Assembly (NCBI RefSeq): GCF_044704955.1
Contig: NC_091988.1
Span: forward strand, 176,452,001-176,516,000
From: Pristiophorus japonicus
Taxonomy: Eukaryota
DNA length: 64,000 nt
Direction: 5' to 3'
This document shows positions 1 through 13,194 of the stretch, piece after piece (position 1 is the stretch's first letter; each line of letters opens with the position of its first letter). A program made the position numbers and the translations under genes. The notes beneath the pieces were generated by a model. The model searched no databases, had not been told where the DNA came from, and saw nothing but the letters and a program-made list of their open reading frames with translations.

Positions 1-500
1 TACTGTTTAGTGCATGGAGGCTTGGTCCCTGTAAATGACGCAGGCTCCATCTGGAGTAGGCCACAATCGTTCTTATCTTTAGCCCATATCGGGTGTTCCT
101 TCAATTCTTCTTTCTTCAAAGTTCTAATTGACCATGTCACCCGACCATCCTCGAAATGCAACGATGAATCTATTTGGATTAGAATGTCCATTCCCAAAAG
201 GGGTTGATCTACTGGGCGTATCCAGACCGGCGTGGTTAGTTCATGTGGGCCCAGTCCTATAAGTACCGGTGTTGTCCTTTTAATTTCCATTTTATGGCCC
301 CCAACTCCATAGGCTGTACGTGCCCTACCATCCAACGGCAAAAAGTCTCCATATTGTAGGGGTAAGCATGTTAATTCCGCCCCTGTGTCTAAAAGACAGT
401 CCACATCCTTATCGCCCACCCTCACAGTTATATATAGCCCATCTCCCCTTTGTTGTATTAGTGCGAGGAGGGGGGCCAGGGTGGGCTCAAATCGTTTTTT
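1..500 (-). CDS. ERV protease and N-terminus of RT (open to window edge), in the -1 frame relative to gag
   Basis: Manual translation: ...VDCLLDTGAELTCLP...PLLGMDIL...HPIWAKDKNDCGLL...PPCTKQY; not listed in the ORF track because the frame has no stop inside the window. Confidence 0.85.
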
Positions 501-2045
501 GCTATCCCAAGTAACTCCTTCTGTTGTTGTATTGTCAGTCACTTAAATGCTTCTATGAGGTCGTTATCTTGTGACAAGCCTGGCTTGTTGGCTGAATTGT
601 ATCCCTGGCTGCGTCCTCTTCCCCAGCCATGACCTTGCTGTTTTGCCCTGCACGTCTTGGCCCAGTGACCTTCTTTCCCACAATAATGACATTTTCCGGG
701 TAATTTTCCTAATAACTGTTTATCGGAATCCTGGGATTTCCATCCCATAGCCTGTACAGCTCAGACTTTAGCTCCCATATCCCGATCTAATTGGTTACAT
801 CGATCCACCAACGCTGCAAAGGTAGTTCCTCTACCTTCCCAGTCCGGTAACACTACCTTAAGCATTTTGCACAGTTCTGGCTTTAGACCTGCCACGAAAG
901 CTGCTTTCAGGGGTCCAAACGCTTGTTCATCCATTTCCTCATCCGTATTATTCATACCCGAAAGTTCCAGCCACGTGCATCTAAACCGCTCGTCATACTC
1001 CAGGACCTCCTCTGTTCCTTTCTGTTGGCAGGCTGCAATTTTTCCCTAGTCTGTCTTAGCTAGACTGAAGCCAGTGTTTAATCGCCTCCCATCCTGCGTC
1101 TAATTCTTGCTCATTCTGCCCCAAAGCTTCTTCTACCTTGACGTGCAATTTTCTTCCCTGTGTTTTTGGCACCATTATGGTCAAAATTTGCACTCCGTCC
1201 CAGGGATGAAGTTGATATATATTTCTTAAGCGGTCCAATTGGTCCCACGTTTTTACTCCCCCTTTCTTTGGATTGGGCAATTCCTTGGACCATTTATCAA
1301 TTTTCTCTGGGTCTGCCGGAGCATGAACTAAGTATTCTCCATACACCCTTCTCTTTGTTTTTTTGGTTCCGCCCTCATCCGCAGTCTCTTCTGATTTGAC
1401 TACAACTCGTCTTTTTTTAAACGGGGCAAAGCGCACCCCTAATTCTTCATCATCCTCCAACACTGTATTGTCGGAGGATTCAGAAACCGTATCTATTCCT
1501 CGGTCGTGTCTTCGGGTTTGCGCTTTTAATTTATCCAAACATGGGTACCCTAGGAATTGATCAATACATTTTCCTTTTCCTATTACTGTTTCTTGACCTA
1601 ATGATTTTTTCCATTCTTTAATTTCACCTTTAAGATCTTTAACTTCCGCTTCCAGCTTTTCAAGTTCAAGCTTTTTCTGTCGCAGCTGTGCACAAACTGC
1701 TTGCAATTGATCCTTTGTACTGGTCAGTTCTCGATCATGTTGGGAACACATTATAATTTCATTCCAGTTTCGAATCTGGCCCTTAACCGCTAGGGACCAT
1801 CTAGTTCACTCTTTATTTTTCATACGGGTCGTTTTTCCCCAGACCCTTTTAATCTCGTCCAAGGACCATTGTCCTTTGGAGGTTCCGTACTTTTGTTCGA
1901 TCTTAATACAGGTTTTAGATAAGTTGAATTGTTGCTCTATGTATTCTTTCAACTGTTCGAGAATTAAATCTAAAGAAACTTCAGGTGGTGCCTGCCCACC
2001 TTTAACGGTTGTAGGCAATTCTTTGCCCTTTTCTCCTGCTGCCAT
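458..2045 (-). pseudogene. gag: ERV gag, disrupted (stops at ~1806, ~761, ~539; frameshift/stop near 1050)
   Basis: ORF pieces 1806-2045 and 1056-1751 share a frame; MHR-like D(*)GKIAACQQKGTEEVLEYDERF; zinc knuckle CHYCGKEGHWAKTC; gag frame ends at TAA 458-460. Confidence 0.85.
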
Positions 2046-2317
2046 TTCTTTACTGAGTTCTTTACTGGGGTCTCGAGTCGTAGGCCTGCTAGCCGATCAA
2101 TAGGTCGGTGATTAATTAACTAACACACTGCCGAAGTTTAGACGTCTATGGGATCTCGAGCCGACTACCAACCGGAGGGTTCGCAAACCGGAGGCTTTCG
2201 GAATCGCGTAGAAGGAGAGGCGAATTTAGACTTTTGACCGAGGACTTTTTTAAAAAAGAGGAGTCCTTACCTCAATATGTAGGTCCGATGTCCAAAATTC
2301 AGTTTCTTTCCTCAGCG

Positions 2318-2335
2318 ATCCTGTTCGCAGCGCCA
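2318..2335 (-). promoter_or_regulatory. Primer binding site, tRNA-Ser type
   Basis: Minus strand TGGCGCTGCGAACAGGAT, 4 nt after the LTR end; resembles the complement of vertebrate tRNA-Ser 3' ends (recalled). Confidence 0.75.
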
Positions 2336-2339
2336 AAAT

Positions 2340-2698
2340 TGTTAGATCTCTTAATTTCCAATGAAATACGAACTCCGATGGTAGTTTTAACTTTTTAATC
2401 TCGGCAGAGAGCAACAAACTTCTTGGCTTCAAGCCAGGTCTTTGTTCTTACTGAGACACATGGTCAAAATGGCTGTATTTATGCCTGGATCAATTTACAG
2501 AAAAGAACTCACATTCTTTGACCTTATTGGCTCAATTGAAAGTCTTTTAACGTTTTATTGGCTCGCTACCCAAGGTCCGAAAATGTCAAGTTGATTGATG
2601 AGTTAATGCAACATGCCGAACTGCATGTAGCAGCCTTGACTTGGGGGTCTGTGAATTTTCACAGTCTGTCTAAATGAGCCTGTTTGAATTCTCTATCA
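2340..2698 (-). repeat. ERV 5' LTR (~359 bp)
   Basis: Minus strand starts TGATAG and ends CTAACA (near-perfect terminal IR); two GAGCCAATAA CCAAT boxes and a CATAAATA TATA-like box; abuts the PBS. Confidence 0.8.
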
Positions 2699-3034
2699 TC
2701 ACTGTTGTAGTGTAGGAAACACGGCAGCCAATTTGCGCAAAGCAAGTTCCCACAAACAGCAATGTGATAATGACTAGATAATCTGTTTTAGTGATGTTGA
2801 TTGAGAGATAAATCTAGGACACTGGGGATAACTACCCTGCTCTTCTTTGAAATAGTGCCATGGGATTGTTAACATCTCATCTGAAAGAGGTCACATGTGA
2901 CAGTGCAACACTCCCTTAGTACTGCACTGGAGTATCAGCCTAGATCTTTGTGCTCAAGTCTCTGCAGTAGGACCTGAACCCACAACCTTCTGACTCACAG
3001 GTGATGGTGCTACTAACTGAGCTACGGTTGACAC
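2699..3034 (-). mobile_element. tRNA-derived SINE (Deu-type body) interrupted by the ERV
   Basis: Minus strand head GTGTCAACCGTAGCTCAGTTAGTAGC...GGTTCAGGTCC (A/B boxes); same body/tail recurs at ~7770, ~22200 and ~45200. Confidence 0.7.
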
Positions 3035-5139
3035 TGTTCAATGTTATAATTCATGTTTTTGGAAAGTTGAGTCAATATTATGTCCACACAGTGCTTTCAA
3101 TTTATGGTTCAGAAAAATATTGCAGTTCTATATTTTAAGCAAAAAAATCCCTACTTGTACTACTTTCCTCAACTCAAATATGAAATGAATTATAGAATCA
3201 CAGAATGTTACAGCATAGAAACAGGCCAGTCAGCCCTACAAGTCTATGCCAGTGCATTTCTCTACATTATCCACCGAGTAAAATCCTAGTCTACTGCTCA
3301 ATCCCAATAGAATAATAGAATGTTACAGCATAGCAACAGACCAAATTTCTTCTGTATTGTTAGAAACGGCATCTCGTTAACATTATAATCTTTGCAGGAT
3401 ACACCTCCTGCAATTTGAACAGGCAAGTTTGGCAGCAGTATTTGTAATAAATCAGACAAACAAAATTACGCTAGAAAGGATATAATTGCATTAATAGTGC
3501 TCTAATTCTGGTACATTAACGTAAACATGGCTATTGATGGCTATATGGGATTTGTATTTAATAAAGTGTTCATTCAAAGACTGTTTGACTGGGATTCTTA
3601 CAAAAAAGAACATACCTTTATTGCCGAAAGCAATAAAACAACACAGCTAGAAAGCATCTTGTGGATAATTACAGTTTTAATAAAAATTCTCTACTTCTTG
3701 TTCCATTTAGCTGAAAATCTACAAGCCCACTCTGCTACATTAACCATGGCAGAGGGGGACCTCTCTCTGATGGCCTACATGCCCCTGCACCTTGTCCACA
3801 TTCCCATGGCAAGGGACATTACTATAAAGTGGATGGGCACCCAAACCATTGGCAGCTCACCTGAGGTATCCATTCGATGGGGGAGGACATTTTCAAAGGA
3901 ATTCCAGCAATTCTTTCCTTTTAAAGAAGATTAAGCTGCTGTATCATTGAAGCCTGACTTTAGACCTTTGAAAAAAGAGTGCATATCCTTCTATCTTCAT
4001 TGGAGGTGGCAGTAAAGGGTCAATGAATGCTTCCAAGATGACAGAGGTTAAGTCAAAAATATTATCACGCCCCTGTTCAGCCAATATTCATGCAGGTATA
4101 TAGTACGGAGAGTGGGGGAAACAGCGGTGGAAATGGCAGGAATTCTGGCAGATGATGTCATCCCACTAGTCCCTCCCTATTTTTCTGATGTCACCAGCAA
4201 AGAAGTAGCGCAAGAAGGGTCTGCCAGTCACACCCAACTCCTTTTCTCCAAACAGGTGGAGATCCAGCCCAATAAGTCCTGCCCCATCCTCCACACTCAC
4301 TGGCTCCCACCCACCCTAATAATAGCCTCAGTGCACCCAAAACCCTGTGGAAATTCAGGGCCAATATTACCAAAACATTTTTACCTGTGCTCCTGACACA
4401 TATCAGGGACACATATTGAGAAATTGTGCACCGCCAGCCTGTGGTTTTCCATATATTATAAAATATTCACAAAAGTAACATTTTTGTAACGTTATATCTG
4501 CAGTTCAGCCATGGATGGCAAAGCAGAATTTTTGCTCAGAACTTAAAAACAAATTCTGTCTGGAGGAATTTTCAGGAATGGAGCAGTCCAAAATTCCCAG
4601 TTTAACATTGTGTTAGAAAGATATGAGTGGCAGGGTGGTTTCAAAGTTTCTTGTGATATGTATTGGGATCAGGCACAAATTGCCTGTGTTCTGTAGAAAT
4701 ATCAAAATCTTTGTCATTCCCCTCACGACTGAATGAATAAATTACTGTATGGTACGATGTGTAATCTATACTGACCAGACGATCTCCCATTCATTTCTTA
4801 GTCTGTGCAGAATTAGTTCATCTCAACTTTGGACAGAAGTTGGGGTGCTATAATTGGCCTCAGGCTAGAAAGAAAGAAAATCAGCCAAGGTTTCTATTTC
4901 TGAATGCCATCCAATAACTCCTACGACAATGTGTGCAACTGTGTACATCAGGGAGGGCAGGATCAGGTTTTGCTGTGATGCCATCCATGATTGAATGGAT
5001 AATGATAGTGCTGTTATAATGGGAGACTTTCATTAGCCTAAAATGGATTGGATTAAGGTGATGATTTGTGGTCAAGGTAGGAAGAGGTTCTTAGCATACA
5101 GCCAGGATTGTTTCGTTAGCATGTATGTCAACAAAGAAG

Positions 5140-5850
5140 GGTGCAGTGCTCGATCTGGTTTTGATAATGAACCAGGACGAATGAGCAAGTGACCAGAAAA
5201 TAGGAGAATATCTGGGAAATAGCGACTATAATTTCATTAGTTTAATGTCAAAATTGAGTGCAATGAATTTGGGTCTGCCACAGATATCTACACCAGTGCA
5301 GTGGTGTCAGTCATTTCCTTTAGTGGTCTGGTCACCTGCTTATTACAAAATTTGACTCCAAAAGGCTATAGAAAGGCAAATGGGATTCTGGGTTTTATAC
5401 ACAAAAGCATTGAATGTAAAATCTAGAAAGTGATGTTGAATTTATGCAAGACACTGGTAGGCCACAGTTGGAGTATCGCATACAGTTCTGGTACCAAGGG
5501 TATTAGAACGATGGAAAAAATACAGTGATAATTCACTAGAATGCTGCCAGAAATGAGAGGACATATTTAGCAAGAAATGGTCAGTCAAATGGGACTTATT
5601 TTTCAGTGGAACATGGAAGTTTAAGGTGGATCTACTGGAGGTTACCAAAATCATTAGATATTTTGAAAAGATGGTGAATGGTGATAAAAATGTTTCCAAT
5701 AATTGGTGAATTATTATCAACATTTCTGGATTATCACTAGAAGAATGAAGGTGAAGGTTAGAAGATATTTTTCATTAGCCTATCAGAGGATTAGTAGATT
5801 ATGGAATTTTTTACCACAAGTGGCTATTGAGGCAAAGGCTACAGCCCCAA
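5140..5850 (+). mobile_element. Old degraded CR1 LINE fragments
   Basis: Decayed EN and RT C-terminal motifs matching younger CR1 copies in the window. Confidence 0.55.
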
Positions 5851-6454
5851 AAATCTACAGGTCATTCCAGAAAATCCGCATTCATGTGAAAGATTCTTTG
5901 CATCTGGTCACATACAATCTAGACATTCAGTGGATGGTACCCCTTTCCATTAAGGAAATTCTTAAGTAAGTTCAGGAAATTAACTGTAGGAGCTCGCAAT
6001 GTTATGTGCATGCCAACTATTACATCCTTTACGTTAGGGAACGCAGCAATGCAAAAAAAACTGACCAGTCCTATCAAGCCGTTGACTTCCTGTCGTGCCA
6101 AACTGGATGGATCCACCAACTCTCCTAAAAAGAGTGTCAGTAACTTGGCAAATGCATGCCCAGAAAGCATCCTGGGTGATATTGCACCCATCCCCTATGG
6201 CTGCCTGAAATGAGCCTGTTGCATAAAAAATGAATGTGGTTGTCTCTTTCACAGGCAAAGGAAGAACTTTCCAAACAATTGATAATGACTACTGGTCTTC
6301 TTGTAGTCGTTTCACTATTGTCTCTTTGTGAAGTCTTTCATACAATCTGGGTTGCTGTAAATACCTTAGGCGAGACAATATCTTATAGGCGCATCCTCCT
6401 CAAATGTTGCCTCACTCTCCTTTCCTCCATGCTGTACTGTAGGAGAAATATCAC

Positions 6455-7013
6455 TAACGATGTCTCCGCAAGATCCTACAAATCCCCTGGGAGGACAGGC
6501 GCACCAACATCAGCGACCTCATTCAGGCTAACATCCCCAGCATTGAAGCACTGACCACACTCAATCAGCCCCGCTGGGCAGACCACATAGTCCGCATGTC
6601 AGACACGAGACTCCCAAAGCAAGTGCTCTACTTCCGCAGAGCTCCTTCATGGCAAACGAGCCAAAGGTGGGCAGTGGAAACGCTACAAGGATACCCTCAA
6701 AGCCTCCCTGATAAAGTGCAACATCCCCACTGACACCTGGGAGTCCCTGGCCCAAGACCGCCCAAAGTGGAGGAAGTGCATCTGAGAGGGCGCTGAGCAC
6801 CTCGAGTCTCAACGCCGAGAGCATGCTGAAATCAAGCGCAGACAGCGGAAAGAGCATGCAGCAAACCAGTCCCACCCACTCCTTCCTTCAACGACTATCT
6901 GTCCCACCTGTGACAGAGTCTGTGGCTCTCATATTGGACTGTTCAGCCACCAAAGAACTCACTTCAGGAGTGGAAGCAAGTCTTCCTCAATTCCGAGGGA
7001 CTGCCTATGATGA
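6455..7013 (+). mobile_element. RTE-clade LINE 3' end
   Basis: Encodes RLPKQVL...KDTLKASL and C-terminal zinc finger CPTCDRVCGSHIGLFSHQRTH; ends in a (TGA)n tail. Confidence 0.75.
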
Positions 7014-7021
7014 TAACTCTA

Positions 7022-7330
7022 GGGGTATTGTAGGATAGTGGTTATGTTACTGGACTAGTAATCCAGTGCCTAGACTAATAAACTAGTGATATGAGTTCAA
7101 ATCCCACGACAGCAGCTGGGGAATTTAAATTAATTTAATTACATTTTAAAAATCTGGCCTATATGTGACTCCAGACCCAGAGCAATGTGGTTGATTCTGA
7201 ACTGTCCTCTGAAATGGTCCAGTAAGCCACTACAGTTGTATTCAAGACTCACCACCACCTTCTCGAGGGCAATTTGGGAAGGGCAATAAATGCTGGCCTT
7301 ACCGGCGACACCCACATCCTGTGAATACAT
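7022..7330 (+). mobile_element. tRNA-derived SINE with LINE-derived 3' tail
   Basis: Head TAGTGGTTATGTTACTGGACTAGTAATCCAG...GAGTTCAAATCCC; tail GGCAATAAATGCTGGCC...CACATCC also seen at 8087-8300 (-) and ~56400; second copy of the head at ~54775. Confidence 0.65.
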
Positions 7331-8086
7331 TTTTTAAAGTTTAAAAACTCTTGCTCCATGTCTTCCATTAAAATTGCAAACAAGGGAATGATCATTGTGA
7401 ATCCACAATCGAGTACTCAGTACCTCTTGCCATAGGTGCATGCAGAAATATCGCCGTGATCCCACATGCCCTCAAGTTGTCAGAGGCAGGTCCAGCTCTA
7501 TCCAGGTGCAAGGCAAAACAGAAAGGCTTTAGATGTTCAAGAGTAACTCCAGCAATCTTTCTTGAAAGTTTTTTTAGGACTGTAGATTTCAAAGTAAAGC
7601 AATTCCACCAGTCTCAGCTGATGTTGCCAATGAGTATACCCCATTTATATCATTCTAACTTACTCCTGTCCAGCACGAATGTAACTTCCAGGATTTCAGT
7701 GCGCCAATGCCAGAACACCTCATTTACATATATTTAAAGTAGTTTCCTACAGAATCTGCAGATAAAAAAAAGACTTACATTTATATGGCGCCTTTCATGA
7801 CCTCAAGAAGTCCCAAAGCTCTTTACAGCCAATGAAGTACTTTTGAAGAGTCGTCACTGTTGTAATGCAGGAAGATCCTAGACCCAATCACTAATTACAT
7901 CACTACATCACCCAGTGGAACCAGGACCTGACCAGAATCCACTACTGAAAATGGTGGTGCTGAAAAAATGCCCCGAAAACATCAGTAAAAATGAGTAATT
8001 TCAAGGCCAATAACATCACTTAAAAGGGAATTGGGTAGTTATTGGAAAGGAAATACTATAAAAGGACACGATGAAAGGGCAGGGAC

Positions 8087-8300
8087 TTTTTTTATTCGTT
8101 CCTGGGATGTGGGTGTCACTGGCAAGGCCAGCATTTATCGCTCATCCATAATTGCCCTCGAAAAGGTACTGGTGAACCGCCTTCTTGAACCATTGCAGTC
8201 CGTGTGGTGAAGGTACTCCAACAGTGCTGTTAGGGAGGGAGTTTCAGGATATTGACCCAGCGACGATGAAGAAACGGCAATATATTTCCAAGTCAGCATC
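8087..8300 (-). mobile_element. LINE 3' tail fragment (same tail as the SINE at 7022)
   Basis: Reverse complement ends ...ATAAATGCTGGCCTTGCCAGTGACACCCACATCCCAGGAACGAATAAAAAA. Confidence 0.55.
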
Positions 8301-11109
8301 ATGGGTTTAGAGTAGGCAGGTTCAGTTGAAGAGCTAGCCCAGGCAGAGGTGTGATGGGCCAAATGGCCTTCTTCTGTACTGGAATTTCTATGATGCATAA
8401 TCCATGAACTTTTCTTTTTCAAAATCCGCTGTAGAAATTACAGTTCAATGTTTTGTTTAAAAAATATTTTAACTAAATTGCCAACTGGATCACTTTAATT
8501 CATTCCATAAACCCCTGCCTAGAATGTTAATGTACTTTATAGATCAAACCTGTCTTGTTTAAATCCAATTTCAATACTAATGTTACATGACAGCAGAGGG
8601 CACTGTATACACAGCTAAGCTAGAAACACAATTACTATCAAAGGCTCTCGTAAAAATCTTGTCTGAGTTCTGATTCCACAGAGCCTGCTTGAACACACAT
8701 GTTTCTTTGAGATTCTCTATTATTCTAATTACCTCATCTAAGGACACATTTAAAAGTCTAATCATTTTCCAGGAAAGCACAGAGTCAATTAATAGCAAAG
8801 CATAATAAAAAAAGGGCATAAAACAATAGGGGATGATTCTGCTTTTCTGCTGATTATACTGATCAAGGTGACTTCAGTCTATGATCAGTTGTGCTCAGCC
8901 CCAACATAACTGTAATAAATATTAGTATAGTTTAATAGTGCAATCGTTTTTAAGTGATGGCTGGCTGACTCATTTGAATTGCCTTCCTGCTTTTATGGAC
9001 TGCATCGGAGATGTGGTGTGGAGTAGTGATTCTGGAGGAAGACTTAAACCGTAGGTGAGTAAAATGGAAACCAAACTAGTGATGCACTTCATTATTTATA
9101 CTTACAGTCTGAAAATTGAAGGGAAAATATTAAGTTAGGAAGTAGAAAATTCCTATCCGACTGTGTGTTACTAGTTTTTTTAATTGTGTGCTAAACAAGC
9201 AGCATGTACAATAGATTGACGACTACATTGGCTCATTTTCTTCATTATTTGGTAATAGTGAGTTAAATTATGGTTAAAATATTTTAAATTAAAAGGTTTT
9301 CAGAAGTGTAAATAGGAAATTACGAGGCTAGAATCTACCATTGGTGATATTGGTGAACAAAACCTGGACTCATTCCTATCACATTCCTCTGTCCCCTTAA
9401 AATAGGTGGGTTACTGCCTCCATAGGGATGGCAGATGGAGCAGTGCTATAGAAATGTCCATAGAGAGTATCCATCTGTTAGTATTGCTAATAGTGTTCTA
9501 CAGGCCTATTGGGAATTGCAGATTAACAACAATGCCCTGCATTAACACTGATACATTTAGCACAGTCAATCTGAGGAGAGCAAGGAAGACCGGATTATTA
9601 CATTTATCCACAAGCCAAATAGATCAAATATAAAAGGAAAAGCTGCAAATGCAGCCCAAGTCTAAAATAAAACAGAAAATGCTGGAATTATACAGCAGAC
9701 CAGCCAAACCGTAAAGAGAAAAGGCAGGTTAAGCTGGATTTTATTGCAGTAGATTTTATATCAGAAGAGGGTTGGGCGTGCCAACCATTTGCCCACAGCC
9801 CAGCCCATTTTCCTAGGTCAGGTCTAATTATTTGTGGAGGGCGGGCTCTTTGTCGGGTTTCCGCTACATGGGGAGGTCACCACTGAGAGTGGGGAAATTG
9901 ATGGTGTTGGAGCAGGAAGAGGAAGATGTCTTGGAGGGGCTCGAAATGCCCTGAAGATTTTTTTTTTCATAATTAAATGAGAGGCTCTCCATGAGGCACA
10001 GGTCCTCTGGGAAAAGTAAGGAGTCTGAAGAGAGGTAAAGATGCCCACTACAATTGCCTCTCCTTCCCAACGATACCATTCATAGGCTTCCTGCTGCTTC
10101 TTCAGGTTATACTCCTCTCCTAAGGTTCTTAGGATTGGCTGCTCTCCTGGGCCCTGCCCCGATGCTGCCATTTAAATGCAGTGAGGTAGTCAAGAGTCAT
10201 ACAACCAAGATTCCTGTTGAGGGAGGGGTGGGGGAGGGGGGTGGCATGGAGGGATCTTACTGTGATGCTGGCATGGGTGGGAACCAAGCGGTAGGCTTCC
10301 TCGTCCAATTTTGTTTATCATTTCCCATCGCTATGCCACGCTTCATCAGAACTGAAAGCTGAACGATAAGAAAACATTTGTGTGTGGTTGGGAAAAGAAT
10401 GAGGAGAGATAGAAGGGAAAGAGAATTAACCATCACAGCAAGGAAGTTAAGTAAAAACAAAAAACTGCAAATGTTGGAAATCTGAAATAAAAACATAAAC
10501 TGCTGGAAACACACAGGTCAGTCAACATTTGTAAGAGAGGAGACAATCAACAAAGATAGAGTGAATGGCTGAATAGCCTGCCAGCTGCTTAATATAACAC
10601 TGTTAGATCATAGGAAAGATCATCAGTGAGGTAATAGAAAAACATTATAAAAACTAAAAGAACATGCAAATCAAGCAATGAAAAGATATGGGAGAGGCCC
10701 ATATAAACAAATGGATCTAATATTGCTTTAAAACATGAATTTCTATGGTACATTCCAATTAAATTTCTGGGCTATTTTCTTTAATGATCTCTTGCAGTTC
10801 CCACATTTTGTTTTGACTATTCATGCCGTGTACAGGTTTTCTGTGCTGGAAGTGAATCCCATGTTTTAAAAACTGTAGGGGAAGGTTTCCTATGTGCGCT
10901 TTGTGTCGTGAAGTCAGCAAGCTGCTCATAAAGAATGGGTTTGCGATTTTACAGCATGTAGCACACATGAACGGGTACTTTTACAGATTGCACAGAGCTT
11001 CACCAACCAAAAGCATAGATTGGGAATTCAGATGTGGAGGTCAGAGCGTCCAACAGCATTTATTTCAATGGGTGAAAAATCCTACCAAGCTCTGTGCCTG
11101 AATTCCTAA

Positions 11110-11592
11110 TAACTCTGGCGACCGTACAGAAGAGATTGACTCGAGTTCCAGGGATGAGGGAGTACAGTTATGTGGATAGACTAGAGATGCTGGGGTTGTT
11201 CTTCTTGGAGCAGACAAGGCTAAGAGGAGATTTGATAGAGGGGGTTAAAATCATGAACAATTTAGATAAAGTACATGAAGAGAAACTGTTTCAAATGGGT
11301 GAAGGGGCGATAATGTGAGGTCACAGATTTAAGATGATTGGTAAAAGAACCAGAGGCAACATGAGAAAAAACTTTTTTATGCACGAGTGGTTAGGATTTG
11401 GAATACACTGCCTGATAGGGTGGTGGATACAGATTCAATAGTAGCTTAAAAAAGGGAATTGGATAAATATTTGAAGGAGAAAAAAATTGCAGGAATAGAG
11501 TGGGAGAGTGGGACTAACTGGATTGCTCTTCGGAAGAGCCGGCCCAGATTCAATGGACCGAATGGCCTCCTTCTGTGTTGTACTATTCTATG
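11110..11592 (+). mobile_element. CR1 LINE 3' end
   Basis: RLEMLGLFFLEQTRLRGDLIE motif and the CR1 3' UTR GGACCGAATGGCCTCCTTCTGTG..TTCTATG. Confidence 0.75.
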
Positions 11593-12219
11593 TGTTCCTG
11601 GCAGGCTAAACTCTACAACTGGTTTCTGTTGAATCATATGCAGCGGGCGGAGGCCCACAGCTGATGGACAGCTCAGGTGCCTGTTTATTAAAACAATGGC
11701 TCCTTCCCATTGTGGGCCAGCAGTGAGGCACAAGCATGGTGGGCAGCCTTTTATACTGGGCCCTGCACACCTATGCAGGTGACCCTCAGGTCTCCCGTCG
11801 CAGTGCCCTTTGGTGGCACACCTTATGTGACTATATAGTTCGTATACATGGTCTACATACATGACATCACTTCCCCCCAAGTCTTTAATGCAAGTTGACT
11901 CATACATTGACGGTGACCTGGGCTTTGCTTTTCTTGGTTGACTATTGGAGGGTTGCTTCTAGCTTGGGTGGGTTGGTAATGAGATTTGTTGACAGTGGAG
12001 GTCCCCGTGGTTTCTGATTGTGAGTCCATGACTACTCCATTTTCCCCTCCCACACAGAGATTATGCTAATGGCCCGTTACATGCAAGTTGTATTCAAGTT
12101 CATGGGTTTTACATTTACATCTTGGTACATTTGTTGGGTGGATGACAGTTGCGTTTCTTTTTGTGTGGTACATTTACATGATCAGTACAGGTATATCAGT
12201 ACAGGTACAAAAGGATAGT

Positions 12220-13044
12220 CTAGTTCCAGCACGGCCGGATGAGATCCGGGTCATCTGGTGGTGGTGCAGCGCCCCATGCTAGGGGGTCTGTGGGCGATGT
12301 GAGCTCATTTTGCTCGAGTTGCTGGAGCTCAGGGCTCTTGCCATTACTCCTAGTGCCGGGCCAGCCCAAAGACAGCTGATGTGTCTGTGACCTCCCTGTC
12401 CTTTTCGTTTGCACAGTGTCGCTGCTGCTCCCTGGGAAGCAGTCTGAGCGAGTGAGCGTTTCGTCTAAGCGACGGTGGGGCTGCCTCGTCTTGTGTAGCA
12501 GTTCGTAGGGAACTGCTGACTCGCTTTCCTTGAGGGCACCGTTGTGAGCACTCTCTAGTTTAGGATCCTGGCTGGTCCAGGTCCCGTTCGGAGGAGTCGT
12601 TGCGGGTGACCCTTTGCTCTTGGGCATTGCCGTGAGTGGGTTTGTGGGCTGCGCCTTTTCCACCCGGGTGATGGGTGACGGTAGCCGACTGCGAGCATGG
12701 GCGCAGTTGACTGTTTCTGGCCCGTGGCAGTTGATGCCATCAGATGCCTGCAATGTTAAACTGATCTGAGGCAGGGTGTCACTACCGGTGCCTCTGCTCT
12801 CCAGGGATCGTTTACTCTGCGGCTTGTCCACTTCTGTCAGCTGTGGGGACACTTTATGATACATCGTTCTGGTCCTGGGGACGCAGGCTACAGCATTGGG
12901 TAGCCCTCTGGACCTGTATACAACCATTAGGTGTTTGCCCGCTACATTGGCTGATTGCAATTTGCACCCGACATCACTCAACAACATTTTGCTCGTTACA
13001 GCTGGACTTGGACATTGATTACCAATTTCAAGCAGTTCATTCAA
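12220..13044 (-). CDS. Element A unknown 274-aa S/T/P-rich ORF downstream of the protease
   Basis: Open frame; segments LPNAVACVP.TR and TSQD.K....SESAV...LL are shared with frames in element B (15242-15798). Confidence 0.5.
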   Translation of the reverse strand: MNELLEIGNQCPSPAVTSKMLLSDVGCKLQSANVAGKHLMVVYRSRGLPNAVACVPRTRTMYHKVSPQLTEVDKPQSKRSLESRGTGSDTLPQISLTLQASDGINCHGPETVNCAHARSRLPSPITRVEKAQPTNPLTAMPKSKGSPATTPPNGTWTSQDPKLESAHNGALKESESAVPYELLHKTRQPHRRLDETLTRSDCFPGSSSDTVQTKRTGRSQTHQLSLGWPGTRSNGKSPELQQLEQNELTSPTDPLAWGAAPPPDDPDLIRPCWN

Positions 13045-13194
13045 AAATAGCGGGTTGCTGGCCTCCTTTTAAATGGCCTTACGACTTATACCCCAATCAT
13101 CTTCCTTGCGTGGAACCACGTGTCATTGCTCCATTAGCGCTGTGCTTCGTGGTTTGGATGCCATCTTTTCCCTGTCCATGATGTCGACTGCCGC

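Larger units (their letters stand above)
1..2698 (-). mobile_element. Endogenous retrovirus, 5' portion (5'LTR-PBS-gag-pro-start of pol); continues off the left edge
   Basis: LTR with TG..CA ends, tRNA PBS, gag with MHR-like and CCHC motifs, aspartic protease DTGA, all on the minus strand in canonical order. Confidence 0.92.

Noticed and set aside
3340-3710. Minus-strand exon pair encoding signal-peptide-like MLSSCVVLLLSAIK
   Set aside because: Splice signals are plausible, but the phase-0 join hits a stop after 15 codons; no recognisable product
8583-8819. NCVSS peptide as the last exon of the syntenic neighbour POFUT1
   Set aside because: Only a 5-residue match; the surrounding sequence does not fit
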